Assembly: GCA_051362555.1 (NCBI GenBank)
Contig: CM120648.1
Coordinates: 6,878,587-6,942,586 of the forward strand
From: Lingula anatina
Taxonomy: Eukaryota; Animalia; Brachiopoda
DNA length: 64,000 bases
Reading direction: 5' to 3'
The notes below the pieces were generated by a model that did not search any database, was not told where the DNA came from, and was given only the letters and a program-made list of their open reading frames with translations. The translations under genes were made by a program, and so were the position numbers. Below are positions 12,857-26,100 of this stretch, piece after piece (positions within the stretch are counted from its first letter, which is position 1; each line of letters opens with the position of its first letter).

Positions 12857-13647
12857 TGAAAAAACAGCATAACTTCTAAAATAATGGACTGATTATGCTG
12901 ATTTTCAAACTCAACCTGCGTTTTAGTAAGATTGGCCCCTCCTGTGAGTATAATGACAATTGGCCAATCTGTTTTTCTTATATTGTGTTATCAGTGTTGC
13001 ATATATACTGAAAAAAGTGAAAAAACAGCATAAATTCCCTATATGTGACCCGATCGTGCTGATTTTCGAACTTGACCTGCGTATTATGAATATTTATCAG
13101 TTTTGTAAGTTTCAAGCCAAAAGGTAAAATGGTTTTCCACTTATCGTGTTATCGGTGCTGCATCTATGCTGAAAAAATAGAAAAAATAGCCTAAATTCAC
13201 TAAAAAAGACCCAATCACGCTGATTTTCGAACTTGACCTGCGTATTAAGTATATTCATCAGTTCTGTAAGTTTCAAGCCAAAAAGTAAAATGGTTTTCCA
13301 CTTATGGTGTTATCGGTGCTGCATATATGCTGAAAAAAGTGAAAAAACAGCATAAATTCCCTATAAGTGACCCGATCATGCTGATTTTCGAACTTGACCT
13401 GCATATTATGAATGTTCATCAGTTCTGAAAGTTTCAAGTCAAAAGGTAAAATGGTTTTCCACTTATCGTGTTATCGGTGCTGCATATATGCTGAAAAAAG
13501 TGAAAAAACAGCATAAATTCCCTAAAAGTGACCCGATCATGCTGATTTTCGAACTTGACCTGCGTATTATGAATATTCATCAGTTCTGCAAGTTTCAAGT
13601 CAAAAGGTAAAATGGTTTTCCACTTATCGTGTTATCAGTAAAAGTGC

Positions 13648-13678
<31 letters not shown>

Positions 13679-13731
13679 CAGACGCAGATGATGGCTATAT
13701 GTACAGACACATCTGTGTCTGTACATAAAAA
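12857..13731 (+). mobile_element. HINE-like element end with ~5 tandem copies of a 161-bp unit, GAC/GGC microsatellite and terminal hairpin
   Basis: gctgattttc.aact recurs at ~12897, 13058, 13219, 13380 and 13541. Followed by acggcgacggcgac repeats and a 14-bp stem tatgtacagacaca-tc-tgtgtctgtacata (13698-13727) before an A-run. Confidence 0.75.
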
Positions 13732-16152
13732 GTAACATGTAAGGCACACGAGAGAGAGAGAAAAAGAGAGAAAGAATGCATATACCAGTATAGTCGACCA
13801 CATTCACTCAAGTGAAAGAATTTATAAAAAATTATACAAGTGGCCCTCTTTTGCATAAGTTATTAATTTTATAAAATATCCTTCCAAGAAACAAGAAATC
13901 ACATAAGATCCTGAGTGTTGAAACTAAATTTGAACAAGGTCCCCTTTATCAAAACAAAATCTTAAAGAGTGGATATTATAAAGATTTAGAAAGTGAAAAT
14001 ATCTTAATATGTTTACACAGCGAATTATACCATTTAAAAGTAAATAATATTGACTCAAAATGTGTATATTTACAACTTGTGACAAAGCATTCAGTGCTGC
14101 CAAGTTTAAAGAAATAATAGTTATTTGAGCGACCTGTCCTTGCGCATGCGCAAATAGCCCTGCTCATGCGTCGGGCGATTACTTTTCACTATTTCTGGGA
14201 GAAATGTAGGCAAGTTTCAGAACTGCATTTTCTAACAATCTTATATATTAAATATAAAACAACTGGAAATAATTATGAAATAATTGTCAATCCTATTATG
14301 ACTTGCTTTCACAATTTGATTTGAGTTGATTTTTCTAGTTTGATTTCGATTGGTATTCTAATGCCTAAAACAGCTATGAATAATTCTACACAATTTGTAA
14401 AGTTTCACGTAGATAAATTCGTAATAAAAGGCAATAATATCACTTAAATGAAAATCGCACATTGTACATGTATGCACGTACTTTGGCATTCCTAAATGTC
14501 CGCACGAGCGTGCATGCACGCTAACTTTTTATCTTGATGTAAACAATAAGCACCAAGATTAAAGTGCCATTAGTGGAAGAAGCAAAACTACAAGCTAAAG
14601 AAGAAAATCCACAAGAGGGAAGTACCCCACAGGCGGTGCTGTTCAAGGAATTGTATAAATGAAACATTCAAAAGGAGTAAAACGTGACCCACATACTTTG
14701 ACCTGTGTCAACTACCAGTACACATATAAGACAAAAATAACAATACAAAACCACCTCTGGAGGACTGATAAAGAGCTCATAAAATACATTTATGAAATTG
14801 GTTTTCAACATGACTAGTGCAAATCCATTTGTATACAACCCTTTTATACATCTTAAAAATATCTTTAATAAATAAAAGAATAAATGAAATGATAAATAAA
14901 TGAATAACATGAACAACCAGCACTAAAAACATGCATTATAACAGTACACGGTCATCTCCTTAATTGAATAACAGCTCAATAATTACCAAAAATTAGAACA
15001 GAAAAAAAAAACTCTATTATCCAGTCTGTCATTTTCAATGATTTGGCCAAGCCAGGTGACTCAGACTGTTTGTTGTGCCCCTGCACGTGTATAAATATGA
15101 AAACATGCTAACAGGTTATAACCCTTCTAAATCATTGTCATGGGTTACACACTCCACGCTATATAATAACATGTTAATATGTTTAACAATTTACATCATT
15201 TTATGATTTTTACTTCTTTTGTCAAACAAGCATATTGATTACCTAAACTTAGATCTGCAAAACCATATGCCACATTAAGATATTACCCAATTTTTCAGTC
15301 AAATATTTTACATCAGTTTCTCAAAGAAAAAAATGATGATTATCATGCCGTCTAAAATAACAATTACAAACCTTTAAGGCATCAATAACATGCAATTGTG
15401 TTGTACACAAAAACCAAAATCAGTGTCATATTGCAAAAGGTCAACTAAACCCTTTTTTGTTGTTCTCTTTGATAAAGCTAAGCCTTGGTAGCAAATCTAT
15501 TCCTAATTTGCCTTGATGAGAAAAATAACATAAATTAGACGCTCTTCAAATAGTGTGTAAAGGTCAATATATAGTCTCATAATTGGCTGTTACTAGAAAT
15601 GAGTTGAAATATTTAAAAAATATTGTATCCCTCCCCACTTATTTAATCTTCAACTAGCTGTTGTTATAGTGAAACACCACATGACCACATAGATTTATTT
15701 GCACTTCAGTAAAATAAAGGTGCATCCAGACAAGGACTTAAACTGAGACTGATTTAGGTAAGTCCACAAGGCGTCCACAGATGATGAGATTGTAATACCA
15801 TATCTTAACACTCTGTTATATATATTTTTATGGTTTAATTCTGTGTTGTATCTGTACTGTTAGAGTTAATGTTTTTGCAGAGAAGTTCAGAAATTATGTG
15901 AACAGTCAGCTGGTCTATGGTGGGGAGTTAAACCTTGCCATAACAGTCAATGATTTGCCTTGTGTGAACACGGTTCAGCTGTGCTCAGCAAGGTAACGAG
16001 CAAACCCCACCAGACCTAGAACACTTAATCACTGGACCATTCTTTCAGTTATCTGTTGACGCCAGTTGTACCTAAATGAATCCAAACTTAATTCCGTGTG
16101 TGAATACACCTTATCAACAAACAACAGGTATTTAATTTCAAATGTTTTCTTG

Positions 16153-19100
16153 TTAAGGAGATGGCATGCATTTTAATCTGGCAAATGCTTCTTTCTCCAG
16201 TGTTTCTCTGTGATCTGGGTGAGCAATTTTGATTAATTCGTAGGCTCTCTGTCTGAGATTCTTGCCAAACAAGGACGCAATGCCGTATTCCGTCACTATG
16301 TAATGTGCATGCGCTCTGCTAGTTGTAACACCTGCCCCTGTAATACAAGCATTACTCATTTTATGAAGTACATGTATCTTTGTTTTTCATCATATATACC
16401 ATGAAAAAGGTGTGAAAAAAACACTTTTTTCAATAATAATTCTGAATATTCCCGGATTCTAATTTAACTGGATGACTGAAAACATGCACCAAATGCTAAA
16501 ATAGCCTTTTGTTTTGAGCAAAAAACTTACAACTTCTGTGGAAGGTTCAGAATTGTTTTTTTTTTTTCCTTTTTTATCAGTGAGTCTTTTCATTTAATAA
16601 CAGCACAGGTAATTTGGAATGAACACTAACTAGTACTGCGTTAAAAAGAGCATGTATATTAGTTCACTCAGTCAGTATCGTAATATCAGATCTGTCCATA
16701 GTTTGAGTTAAATAACAGTCTTACCAGCTTTTAAGACGGGAACAATTTTGGATTCCCCTTTTTGGGTTGTAGAGGGGAGGGCAATGATTGGTTTCCCCTG
16801 GCCGTCCATACTTAGAGCAGCACCGCGCAAAAAGTCAATTTGACCGCCGACACCTGGGGAGATTTTCGAAAAAGTCAGTGTCACAGCAGTAAATATTGTG
16901 ATAAATTTAAAATCAAGAAAGAGAGAAATAATATTCATAGTTTTTTAATCCATACAGAAATTGGTGTATTAAAAATATCATTAAAGCTCATTTCTCTACT
17001 GGCACATATTTGCTTTGGATTTAGTTCATGATATTCCTGGCTAAAATGTTCTTCTTTCCCACTAAAATGCCCTTATCTTTTACCCTATATGAATTTGAAA
17101 AAAAAATAACAAAATTCAGCCCATCAAGACCTTTTTCTCTATAAAGACCATTTTTCTAAGAATCAGATGAATTGGTTTACCGGAGTACATCCAGGTCCCA
17201 ATAGAGTCTGCACACACCTGTCCTGTCAAGTCAATCTCAATACAGGAGTTGATTGCCGTCACTTTGGGATTCTGGCTAATAATGGAAGTATTATTTACAA
17301 ACCCTATGTCCAACATCACTGAAAGAAGAAAAAACTGAAATGTACCATATGGGCTTCCTTATTTTTCTCATGTGAAATATATATCCCCTTTTGTTAAATA
17401 TAATAAAAATAATAATTTTTTTCAATTATCTCACATAGAAAAGTAATTATTTTAGGATAAAGCAGGCAACTTATTGCCTTTAATCTACATACTTATGTTT
17501 CAAATTACCATAAATCATCACAACTAGGAGCAAACTCTAAGGGAAAAAAACACATTATAATAGCATTGGTATAGTAGGTATTACTTTTTTTCTTCTGTTT
17601 TTCTACTTTACTATTTTTATCCGCCTGTATATAAAACTCAATTCCAACAAACCCCACATACCAATCATTGGATTATCGTGCATATACTCGTACAGCCTCT
17701 TTGTCCCCACGGCAAAACCTCCTACGATTTTCCCAGGATGGATATTCTTCCCAGCATTTGTGATGGCACCACGTTCCACGAGATCGATCATGCTATCGCC
17801 CAACATCTCGCTGTGAATGCCAAGGTCCCTGTGACTCCATAGAGCACTGATTACTGCATCTGGGATATTACCAATACCTGAAGAAACCAAGAATAAACTT
17901 ATTTAAGGAATCTTAAAGAACTTTACTTTTCAGCTTTCTTTATTTGAATAGTTTAGTTTCACTTTCATTTTGTTTTGTTTTAGCTGAAGTCAAGTTTTAA
18001 TTGACTCTTATACCACTTCCCAATGTATCACCTTAACACTTGACAATTTAACACCTCCGCAATTGCTGCACCTTGTAATAAATCCTTCACAATTCAATAA
18101 ACTTTGTACATTGGATAAGAGTAATATTCTCCAGCACCACTGCTGTGAACTAGGTCAAATTTAAGATAAAAATCTGAAAAAAAATTCATAACTGCAAAAG
18201 AAATGCATTGTTGTGAATCAGACAAATTTTTCAAAAATGAGTGTCCATGGCACCTGAAATTGAGGAAATTGTCAAAACGACATCTTAACCAACACTCACC
18301 CATCTGCAAAGTGGCGCCATCTTGAACTAAGTTAGTAGCGATTATGCGTCCAATCTGCTGTTCCACCTCGCTAGTTGTCCTATTGGAGTTGTACTCAGGC
18401 AGAGCGTAGTCTTCCTGCACCATGGCGTCAAAGTGAGACATGTGAACCATTCCGTCTCCAAATGTACGAGGCATGTTGGGGTTCACCAGAGCTGTAACAG
18501 TTACAAATAAATTAATGATAAAATTGCTAATGATATAAAATAAATAAATAAACAAAAATAAATAAATATTAAAACTTATTTAATAATATGAAAACAGGGA
18601 TGAGACTGCCATTTAGTGAAGAAGTTGGAAAATATGGCATAGGGTCCAGGGGGATGCCTGGGACAATACTTTTGGCTCCCAAAATTTGCTTTAAATATTT
18701 TAAAAATATTTTTCTTCCTCCGAATAAATACATCACTTACCTATGATATACCTGGCATTCTGCAAGGCAGCTCTAGCACAGTCCACACTGGGACCCAGCG
18801 TACAGAAACCGTGTTCATCTGGCGAGCTGACAGAGATCAGGGCAACATCTAGGGTGATTAAATTGCGCCTAAAAAGTAGCGGAATTTCACTGAGAAATAT
18901 GGGGACAAAGTCTGCCCTTCCGTCATTCACTGCTTCACGGCAATTGTCTCCAATGAAAAATGAGTTACTTCTGAAAATTCCTGGAAGCAAAAAATTATTA
19001 TAAATGATCAATGAGTTGCATACATATTAATGAAAGACATATTTATACAAATAAACCCCATTAAAAATAAAATATTAAAAATAGGTCTTGCAATGTGTGG

Positions 19101-19325
19101 TCAAAACTTCAAAATTTGATTTTAAGTGGCTGATGTATTTTTCAATGAAATGTCACTTTTCAAGTCTAATAAACATGTAAATAAAAACAATTGAAAAAAC
19201 ATGTTTTAGAAAATTAAAAAGAATATATGAACCATGACTCGCTGAATGAATAAACAAGAAACATGCAAATACAAATGATAAAATAAGCAGGAAAAAAACT
19301 AAAACAAACAAACAAACAAACAAAA

Positions 19326-19368
<43 letters not shown>

Positions 19369-21369
19369 ATACTGAACTCACCCTTGAACTCAGGCTGCAC
19401 ATAAGGGGTTTGGCAAATGAGAAACATGTCCATAATCTCTATCCCGTTCAGGTCGGAGTCTAACCCATGCTGTGCCAGGGCATTAACGAGAGGCATGGGT
19501 GTGGCCGCCCCACCATGGACAAATACCTTCATCCCTAGAATATGAACATTACGACTTTCAATTCTAATTTAATTTCAGTATGAGGCATAAGGCTGGGATG
19601 CATAAGGATTGTAGTGTATCAGTATACAAGTTTCTGAGAAACAGATAGAATATGGTTGTTTCTCATTAAAATTTGAAGATATAGCAGTATATCATTAGTT
19701 ACTGGAGGTATGGACAAAAATACTGTAACATAAATACACGCAATGGGTGAAGCATTACTAGTAGTTTTGTATCAGAGATGCATGATAAATCCTTACATTA
19801 TGATATGTACATTTTTTATAAACAAATATTTTAGAACTTATATTTCTGAGATACAGGTATCAATTCCTCCACGTTGGCAGCCATGCAGGGTATATACTAG
19901 TATAAACCTGGTCTCTAAGTTGTCTGTAATAAGATTTATGATATCATACAAGCCTGCCTGACTGGATGAATTATTTGCACATTAAAATTATGTTATATTG
20001 AATCAGAATTATACTAGTATATATAATATACAGTAAGAATGTGTCCATGATTTACTAGACGGAGTATAACATGTGAATCAGCAAAATTGTATTACATAAG
20101 TACTTGCATCTGATATTTATGATGAAGTAGCTAGTACAAGAAGTGCTTAAACCCTCATAGCTAAAGATCAAATCTCTTGCAGCACTCTCATAGTTTCTAT
20201 ACCACACAGCAACCTTTAGCTAGATGTGAAGTACTTCAGGTGTACCGCAGGTGTGCTACCAGTACCAGTACAGGTACATGTAGCTATGTGAGCAATTCCT
20301 GGCGTTATTACAGGAAGCTTAAATCATGGTAACTGTACATAAAATTGACTAAAAGCTGAGATTCTGGCCAAGTAATACTGCTTACCACCACAGCGATGTG
20401 AACTTACTTCAGTTGTTGTTTTTTTCTTTTTTTTTTCCAGCTCACACACTAGTACGTTCGTGCCAAGCTGCACGTCAAGTTGCATTAAAGAAGAAGCTGT
20501 CCCCAAAAATTCCATTAATGCTCTCAAATTAATGTTATAGCTAGGTGGCCTATTACATTATATTATATACCTGGTACAGGCCTATGCACATATAACAAAG
20601 AACTAACCTATTTACTATTTTTGCCTTTAATTATATTTCACTTTTTTAATCTTGGGCATTGTCTAAATCTTCAAGACTTACAAATCATAGCAAGATAATT
20701 AACTCTTCAAAATTTTTCGTGCACTCTACACTTTATTGGGGGGAGAGGGTACTTTTTATGTCATTTTATCATATCTCGACTTCAAAAACCTCCAAACTGC
20801 CTCTAGATGCATTCTGAAAGTAAGTTATGTTACATTTACTACAGCAACTCTGTTTTACCAAATTATCAATATATATATATATAAGCATCCAAACAATCAA
20901 GTAATTCAGTTTGCACAGCAGTCAGCCCACACAACAACCGGACCAATGTTTAACCCCAAAGACCCGACCCTTTAAGACAACTGACCCACCTGGACGTGCA
21001 AGCGGTCATCGTGGGGTCACCAAACAACTCGGACAACCCCAAATGACCTTCAAACACATTACTCCATATTCTCCGAGATAATAAGATATTGCATTCCACT
21101 AAAATGACAGCATGTGTCATCTATGTTAATATTAATGTGTTAAACAATGTAGAACATCATTAGAGTTATATTTAGGGTCACTTACCGGACCTCACGACCG
21201 ACACGGCTTCCTCGGCCGACATCCATTTCGGCAACTTATCAGGGATCGGGTGACACGGCTCCGGAGAATAAAAATGGAAAAACCTTGAGGTTGCTTTAAC
21301 GCCTGACTTGCTAGACTCATGGAGCGTCTTCGTTGCTAGGCGCACAGCATTTTTTAACACGGAAGCCAT
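16153..21369 (-). CDS. Acetyl-CoA hydrolase/transferase family (acetate:succinate CoA-transferase / 4-hydroxybutyrate CoA-transferase-like), probably mitochondrial, ~478 aa, 8 exons
   Basis: Exons 21369-21186, 19534-19382, 18980-18741, 18491-18300, 17877-17662, 17318-17181, 16853-16725, 16337-16153 (1437 nt, all phase-1 introns). Motifs VFVHGGAATP, PIFLSEIP, NPNMPRTFGD, DGATLQMGIGNIPD, GIHSEM (catalytic Glu), EIDLTGQVCADSIG, SGVGGQIDF, VTEYGIA..IAHPDHR. Basic Ser/Thr-rich N-terminus resembles a mitochondrial presequence. Confidence 0.95.
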
Positions 21370-22113
21370 CGGATAAAGGATTAAAAGGGCCACTGAAACG
21401 CGACCCGCTCACTTTACCCTACTCACCGATGGGGAACGATGACCTTGTTTTTAACGTTCAATGGCAATTGTGAAAGGCTTTACAAGATAGCCCCAAACCA
21501 AGCCTATTGAAAATTTAAGTCCTGCGCCCTTCAACATTTTGATGTTAAAACAGTTCAAGTACATGTACAGTGTTATAGCAATTTTAATAAAAATATATAC
21601 TTTTTAAACGACATAGATTTAATACAGAATAAGTGTATAGAAAAGTAATTATTTAACGTTACGTTATCTCGATTCACAAAATAGAAATTATATATTGTTT
21701 ATTCATTTATTATATCATACATGTACGAGTAGATACTTCTATGATTATATGTAACTGTTGGTAGGCCTACAAACAGAGTCTACAGGTACGTGTACATTTT
21801 AAAACGCCTATTAGGCCTACCTTACAATATATAGGAAAACTGTGGCACTAAAACTACAATAACGTAGGCCTACGGTTTTTAAAAAATAGATTTACAAAGA
21901 GACCACAAGTCGTGAGTATTGAATGCTAGACTAACCCGGAGTGATAACACCAAGACAGTAGCCTATTAAAAAGGCAAGGCAGCGAATGTACCTTTTAAGG
22001 AAATTGAATGTTTTTATTACAACGTGTCCATTTAACGAACTTTAACAGGTGGGCTATGGAACTTGTTTTAACGTGTGTGTTACAGTGTAATTAACTGTAT
22101 TGGCGTGAAACTG

Positions 22114-22116
<3 letters not shown>

Positions 22117-22173
<57 letters not shown>
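22117..22173. repeat. (GA)n microsatellite
   Basis: Direct reading. Confidence 0.95.
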
Positions 22174-22175
<2 letters not shown>

Positions 22176-23107
22176 CTGGGTCTGGTCTCATTCCTATTCA
22201 ATCTATTTATCTCGAGAGGGTCTCAAATCAAACAGCGGCTATTAAGAGCAACAGTTTCCATCCAGATCACAACCTTTTAATTGTTTTACCAGTTTTTAAG
22301 GGTAGTAATTATTCTTTTAATCTTGCTTTCATCCTTCCCCTTTTTAAGTTTTAAATTTCTTTCATTCTTATTATGCTTCCAAAAATTAGCATAGGCTAAC
22401 GACGCTTTTCCAGAGGAAATTATACGTTAAAGAAATACACAACCTACAGTATAGTAGGCTACATGTTGTAGGCTGCGCTCTAATCATTATACACACTGTA
22501 CATTGCCCAGATTCCATGGTCAATTATGATAATCATGAGGTCTAGTGGAGGTACAAGAAATGTTTTATTTCTAAGATTTTATGAAACATATGTGAATAAA
22601 ATATGACAATGTGACCCTGTAAACCTATTCTACTCAAACACTATGATCTACCGGTATGTCTGATGTTAACAAACTAGCTGGTACTTCTACCTGGCGGCCA
22701 TGACAAACCCTTACAATAAACTTGATGTTAAACTATCGTGACTACTTTTGATGCAGTGGTGTTTTTAGGATGTATCTTCACTTGTATAGAGTATAAAAAC
22801 TATTTACAGGTAACCGCGGTCCGCTTTGATTAATCAGCTAAGAAAAGTTGGTCGCAAAACTTTTGCTCAGTGTTGTCAGATGAGCCAAATGCGTGAGCGC
22901 GACGATCAAAATTTAGAACTGGTATAAACTGGCGTGGACAACCTTTATGTCTGGAGCTCAAGATCAAGCCCTCTGAATACAAAGTTAAGAGGATTAATAC
23001 AACTCAATCCTTATGGAATATCTTTCATATGTTCGTCGACAATAGCCGTAACAAATATCGGGCTTTTTTTTCACGGCAAACATTTATGTATTTGTTCGTC
23101 GTGCAAG

Positions 23108-26100
23108 TTAACTGGGAAAACTGTTAACATCTTGGAGGGCAATGAAGGCAGGTCTGGGTTCCGAATCTTTTCCTCGGTCTGCTCTACCGTTACTTTCTCT
23201 CAGACTGCGTGCTTCGTGTTGTTTATACGTAGTTGAGACAGCGTGAATAATGTCGTCCAGTAGTTCTAGCGAAAATAATAATAATAATAATAATAATAAT
23301 TATAATGAAATTGCCACTTTTCCCTTGCATTTGGTGCACCCCCTCCCCTTAAACTATCACAAGGAATTTTACGAACACGTGGTTTAACAGAATGATTGAA
23401 CTTGAAACGTTCCACCAGGAACGGTAACAGAAATTCTCAAATCATCAAAAATATAAATTCATTCACATTTATGTTGTTCCGTGGACAAATGTTTCTTAAT
23501 AAATTAAAATCAGTGTTTTTTTCTCAACAAAATCTCATTTAAGGTATGAAGGAGTAGTGCTTCCCCCCAAAATTCAACTCACCGTTTGTTGTCTCAGCGT
23601 ATGGGTCAGCCTCCTTGTCGCCGTCTTGAAATTCGAGACTTTTGACACCCCAGGTGAAGAAAAACATGTACAGTACGGTTGCTATGGCTGAGCCGGTGAA
23701 GGGAGCGACCCAGTACAACTAGGAGAAAAAGAAATATTTCCTCAAGCAACTTAAAGGTATAAACCCTGCAACAGCCTAAAATCTATCATGAAATAATAAG
23801 ATTTATAGGTGAAGTAGACGAAGTACGCCCCCTAGCTACAGTACATGTACACGATAAGTTGATCCCACCTTTTCTTATTCTGCCAGAGGCCCCCTTGGTT
23901 TTTCTAGATAATTTTTACACAATCTGTTGAATGACCGAATTTGAAACAGTTAGAATGGCTCCTGGCAGACGGAATGGCCGATCCAGAGATATTTTCTGAC
24001 AGTCTTCCAAATTATTTTTGTAGATCCATTCTCCATTTTTGACAGAAAAAATTAGATACCCGTCAATGTAAACTTAAAAATCTGACCGTCTTCCATAAGA
24101 CCCAGAAGTTGGCCAAAATACGCCCCTGAGACGGTATCCCTCCCCTAAAGAAAATATCCTCGGGTAATATCTGACTCCTTAATCTGGCCATCTACCTCCA
24201 TGGGTAAAGGCACGCATTCAGCCCTGAAACTTTGACAGCATAACTTAAAACTTAGATCACGTGATTGAGATTTGGTGTCGAAAGCAACCAATCTTAAGGC
24301 GGTTGACAAAACAAGACAGTTGGGACAGCGCGCCTGTTATGTGTCTCGTCATTGCTTACGACGACTTTACAATTTAACGAGTATTGAAAACATGTTTATC
24401 TTATTCGAGCAAAATATATGTACAATTCTGGCTTTTTTGTTGTTGTTGTTGTTGTTGTCGCTTCCTATCTAGCTGAAATAGATCTTCTGAACCTGTGATT
24501 GGATAGTTACCGGTCACGTGACCTAACCCGCACGAAAACGCAGTAGATGACTCCAGTGCAGTAGACTACTGCAATCATACTGCAAACTACTGCAATCATA
24601 CTGCAAACATGCTTCAAATCTGCTTCGATTTGGGAGCTAATTAGCATATTTGAAACATGCTTCTTTCATGCTGCTAATCTACTGCATTAATGCTCCTCTC
24701 TGTACAAACCTATGTACTTTTTGGAGTAGAATTGCAGTAGGCTATAGGCCCTACTGCATTTCTACTGCAAATATGCTCCACACCACTACTGCGTTAATGC
24801 TTCTTTACTACTTCGATACTACTGCATTTTCGTGCGGGTAAGTGTTCCCACTTACCCAGTGTTGTGCCCACATCCACCCTTGGTTCAGGATCACGTGGGG
24901 TCCCATAGCAACAGCGGGGTTCATACAGGCGCCAGTTTGGGTTGCCTGAAATAACCATAAAGTAAGGCATCTGCATACTGGTATAATTTCAATATCGGCT
25001 TGGAGGCATCAAACACGTTTACGGATTTTTTTTAACAGAAATATAAACAGAATTTTCATTTGATCTATTTTTTTTTTTATCTGTTAACAGTTATGCATTT
25101 GAATTTAAAGAATAGGTTTAATTCCTTTTATCACAGCCAGTCCTCTTAAAAATAGTAAAAAATGTTATATCTTGTACATACCCCGGTAAAGACCATCACG
25201 CAGACGAGAAGACCCACCGCCACAGACGGCATGTTGACGGGACGCAGACGATCATCGATGGAAGCCAGGTTGACGAACGCCAGCATAAAGGTGAGGCAAG
25301 TCTCCATTAGAAAACCCTGCCACAACGTAATATCTGGGTGCACGAACACGGCCCCAAAGTTACCCACTCTCTCCGTCGGGGTGACACTGCCGTCATGATG
25401 AAAGTAAAAAACAAAATTCAAAATGGAGAAGAACCCCACAACCAGTTTTCTTGGAGTTCTGGGATTATAAGGGAAAATGTTCAGTCGAGTACAAAATGGA
25501 TAATCCATTGGTTGAGCTTTATCAGTTTGCGTTTGGTAGGGCCTATCTGTTATAAATGGCACTGTAGGCCTAGTTGGATACGAAGCCGTACGTTGCCTAC
25601 ACTGTTTTGACATTCAATCGTTACAGATAAAGAAAAAGTCCAATGCATATGCTTCCTAATGAAAAAAGGTTTATCATGGTCTCTAGATAGGGCGATGAAA
25701 TAGTAATTTATACTTCTACTTGTAGTCTCTAAGTAAAGAATATAACTCTGTAACATCGTCTGTCTTGTAATAATACGATAAAAATTTGGGAAACCTGAGG
25801 CTTGTTATCCCCATAACAATCAATATAAACCCATAGCATTTCAGACCTGTACTACAACCGTAAGAGTTACAAAGGTACGAGAACGCCCGAAAATGGCCGA
25901 AATGTGTTTTCTTCCTATTTTTACTTACAGCCAAGAGAGTCCTGTTCCTGCAATGCCACCGAGTAACTGTGCCAGGACGTAGAATAAGCCTGAAAATGTA
26001 TAGATATTTCTATTTGTTTGTTTGTTTGTTTCCTCATATATTAGGCTACATGCATACAGTATATACGTATAAACAAATATGCAGACTTTCAAGGTAAGTT

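Noticed and set aside
12857-13637. Regular repeats as a possible CRISPR array
   Set aside because: The units are contiguous 161-bp tandem copies with no unique spacers, the context is eukaryotic and there are no cas genes.
25387-25613. Long N-terminal extension of the aquaporin exon-4 ORF
   Set aside because: It lies upstream of the acceptor at 25387-25388 and is an intronic open frame.
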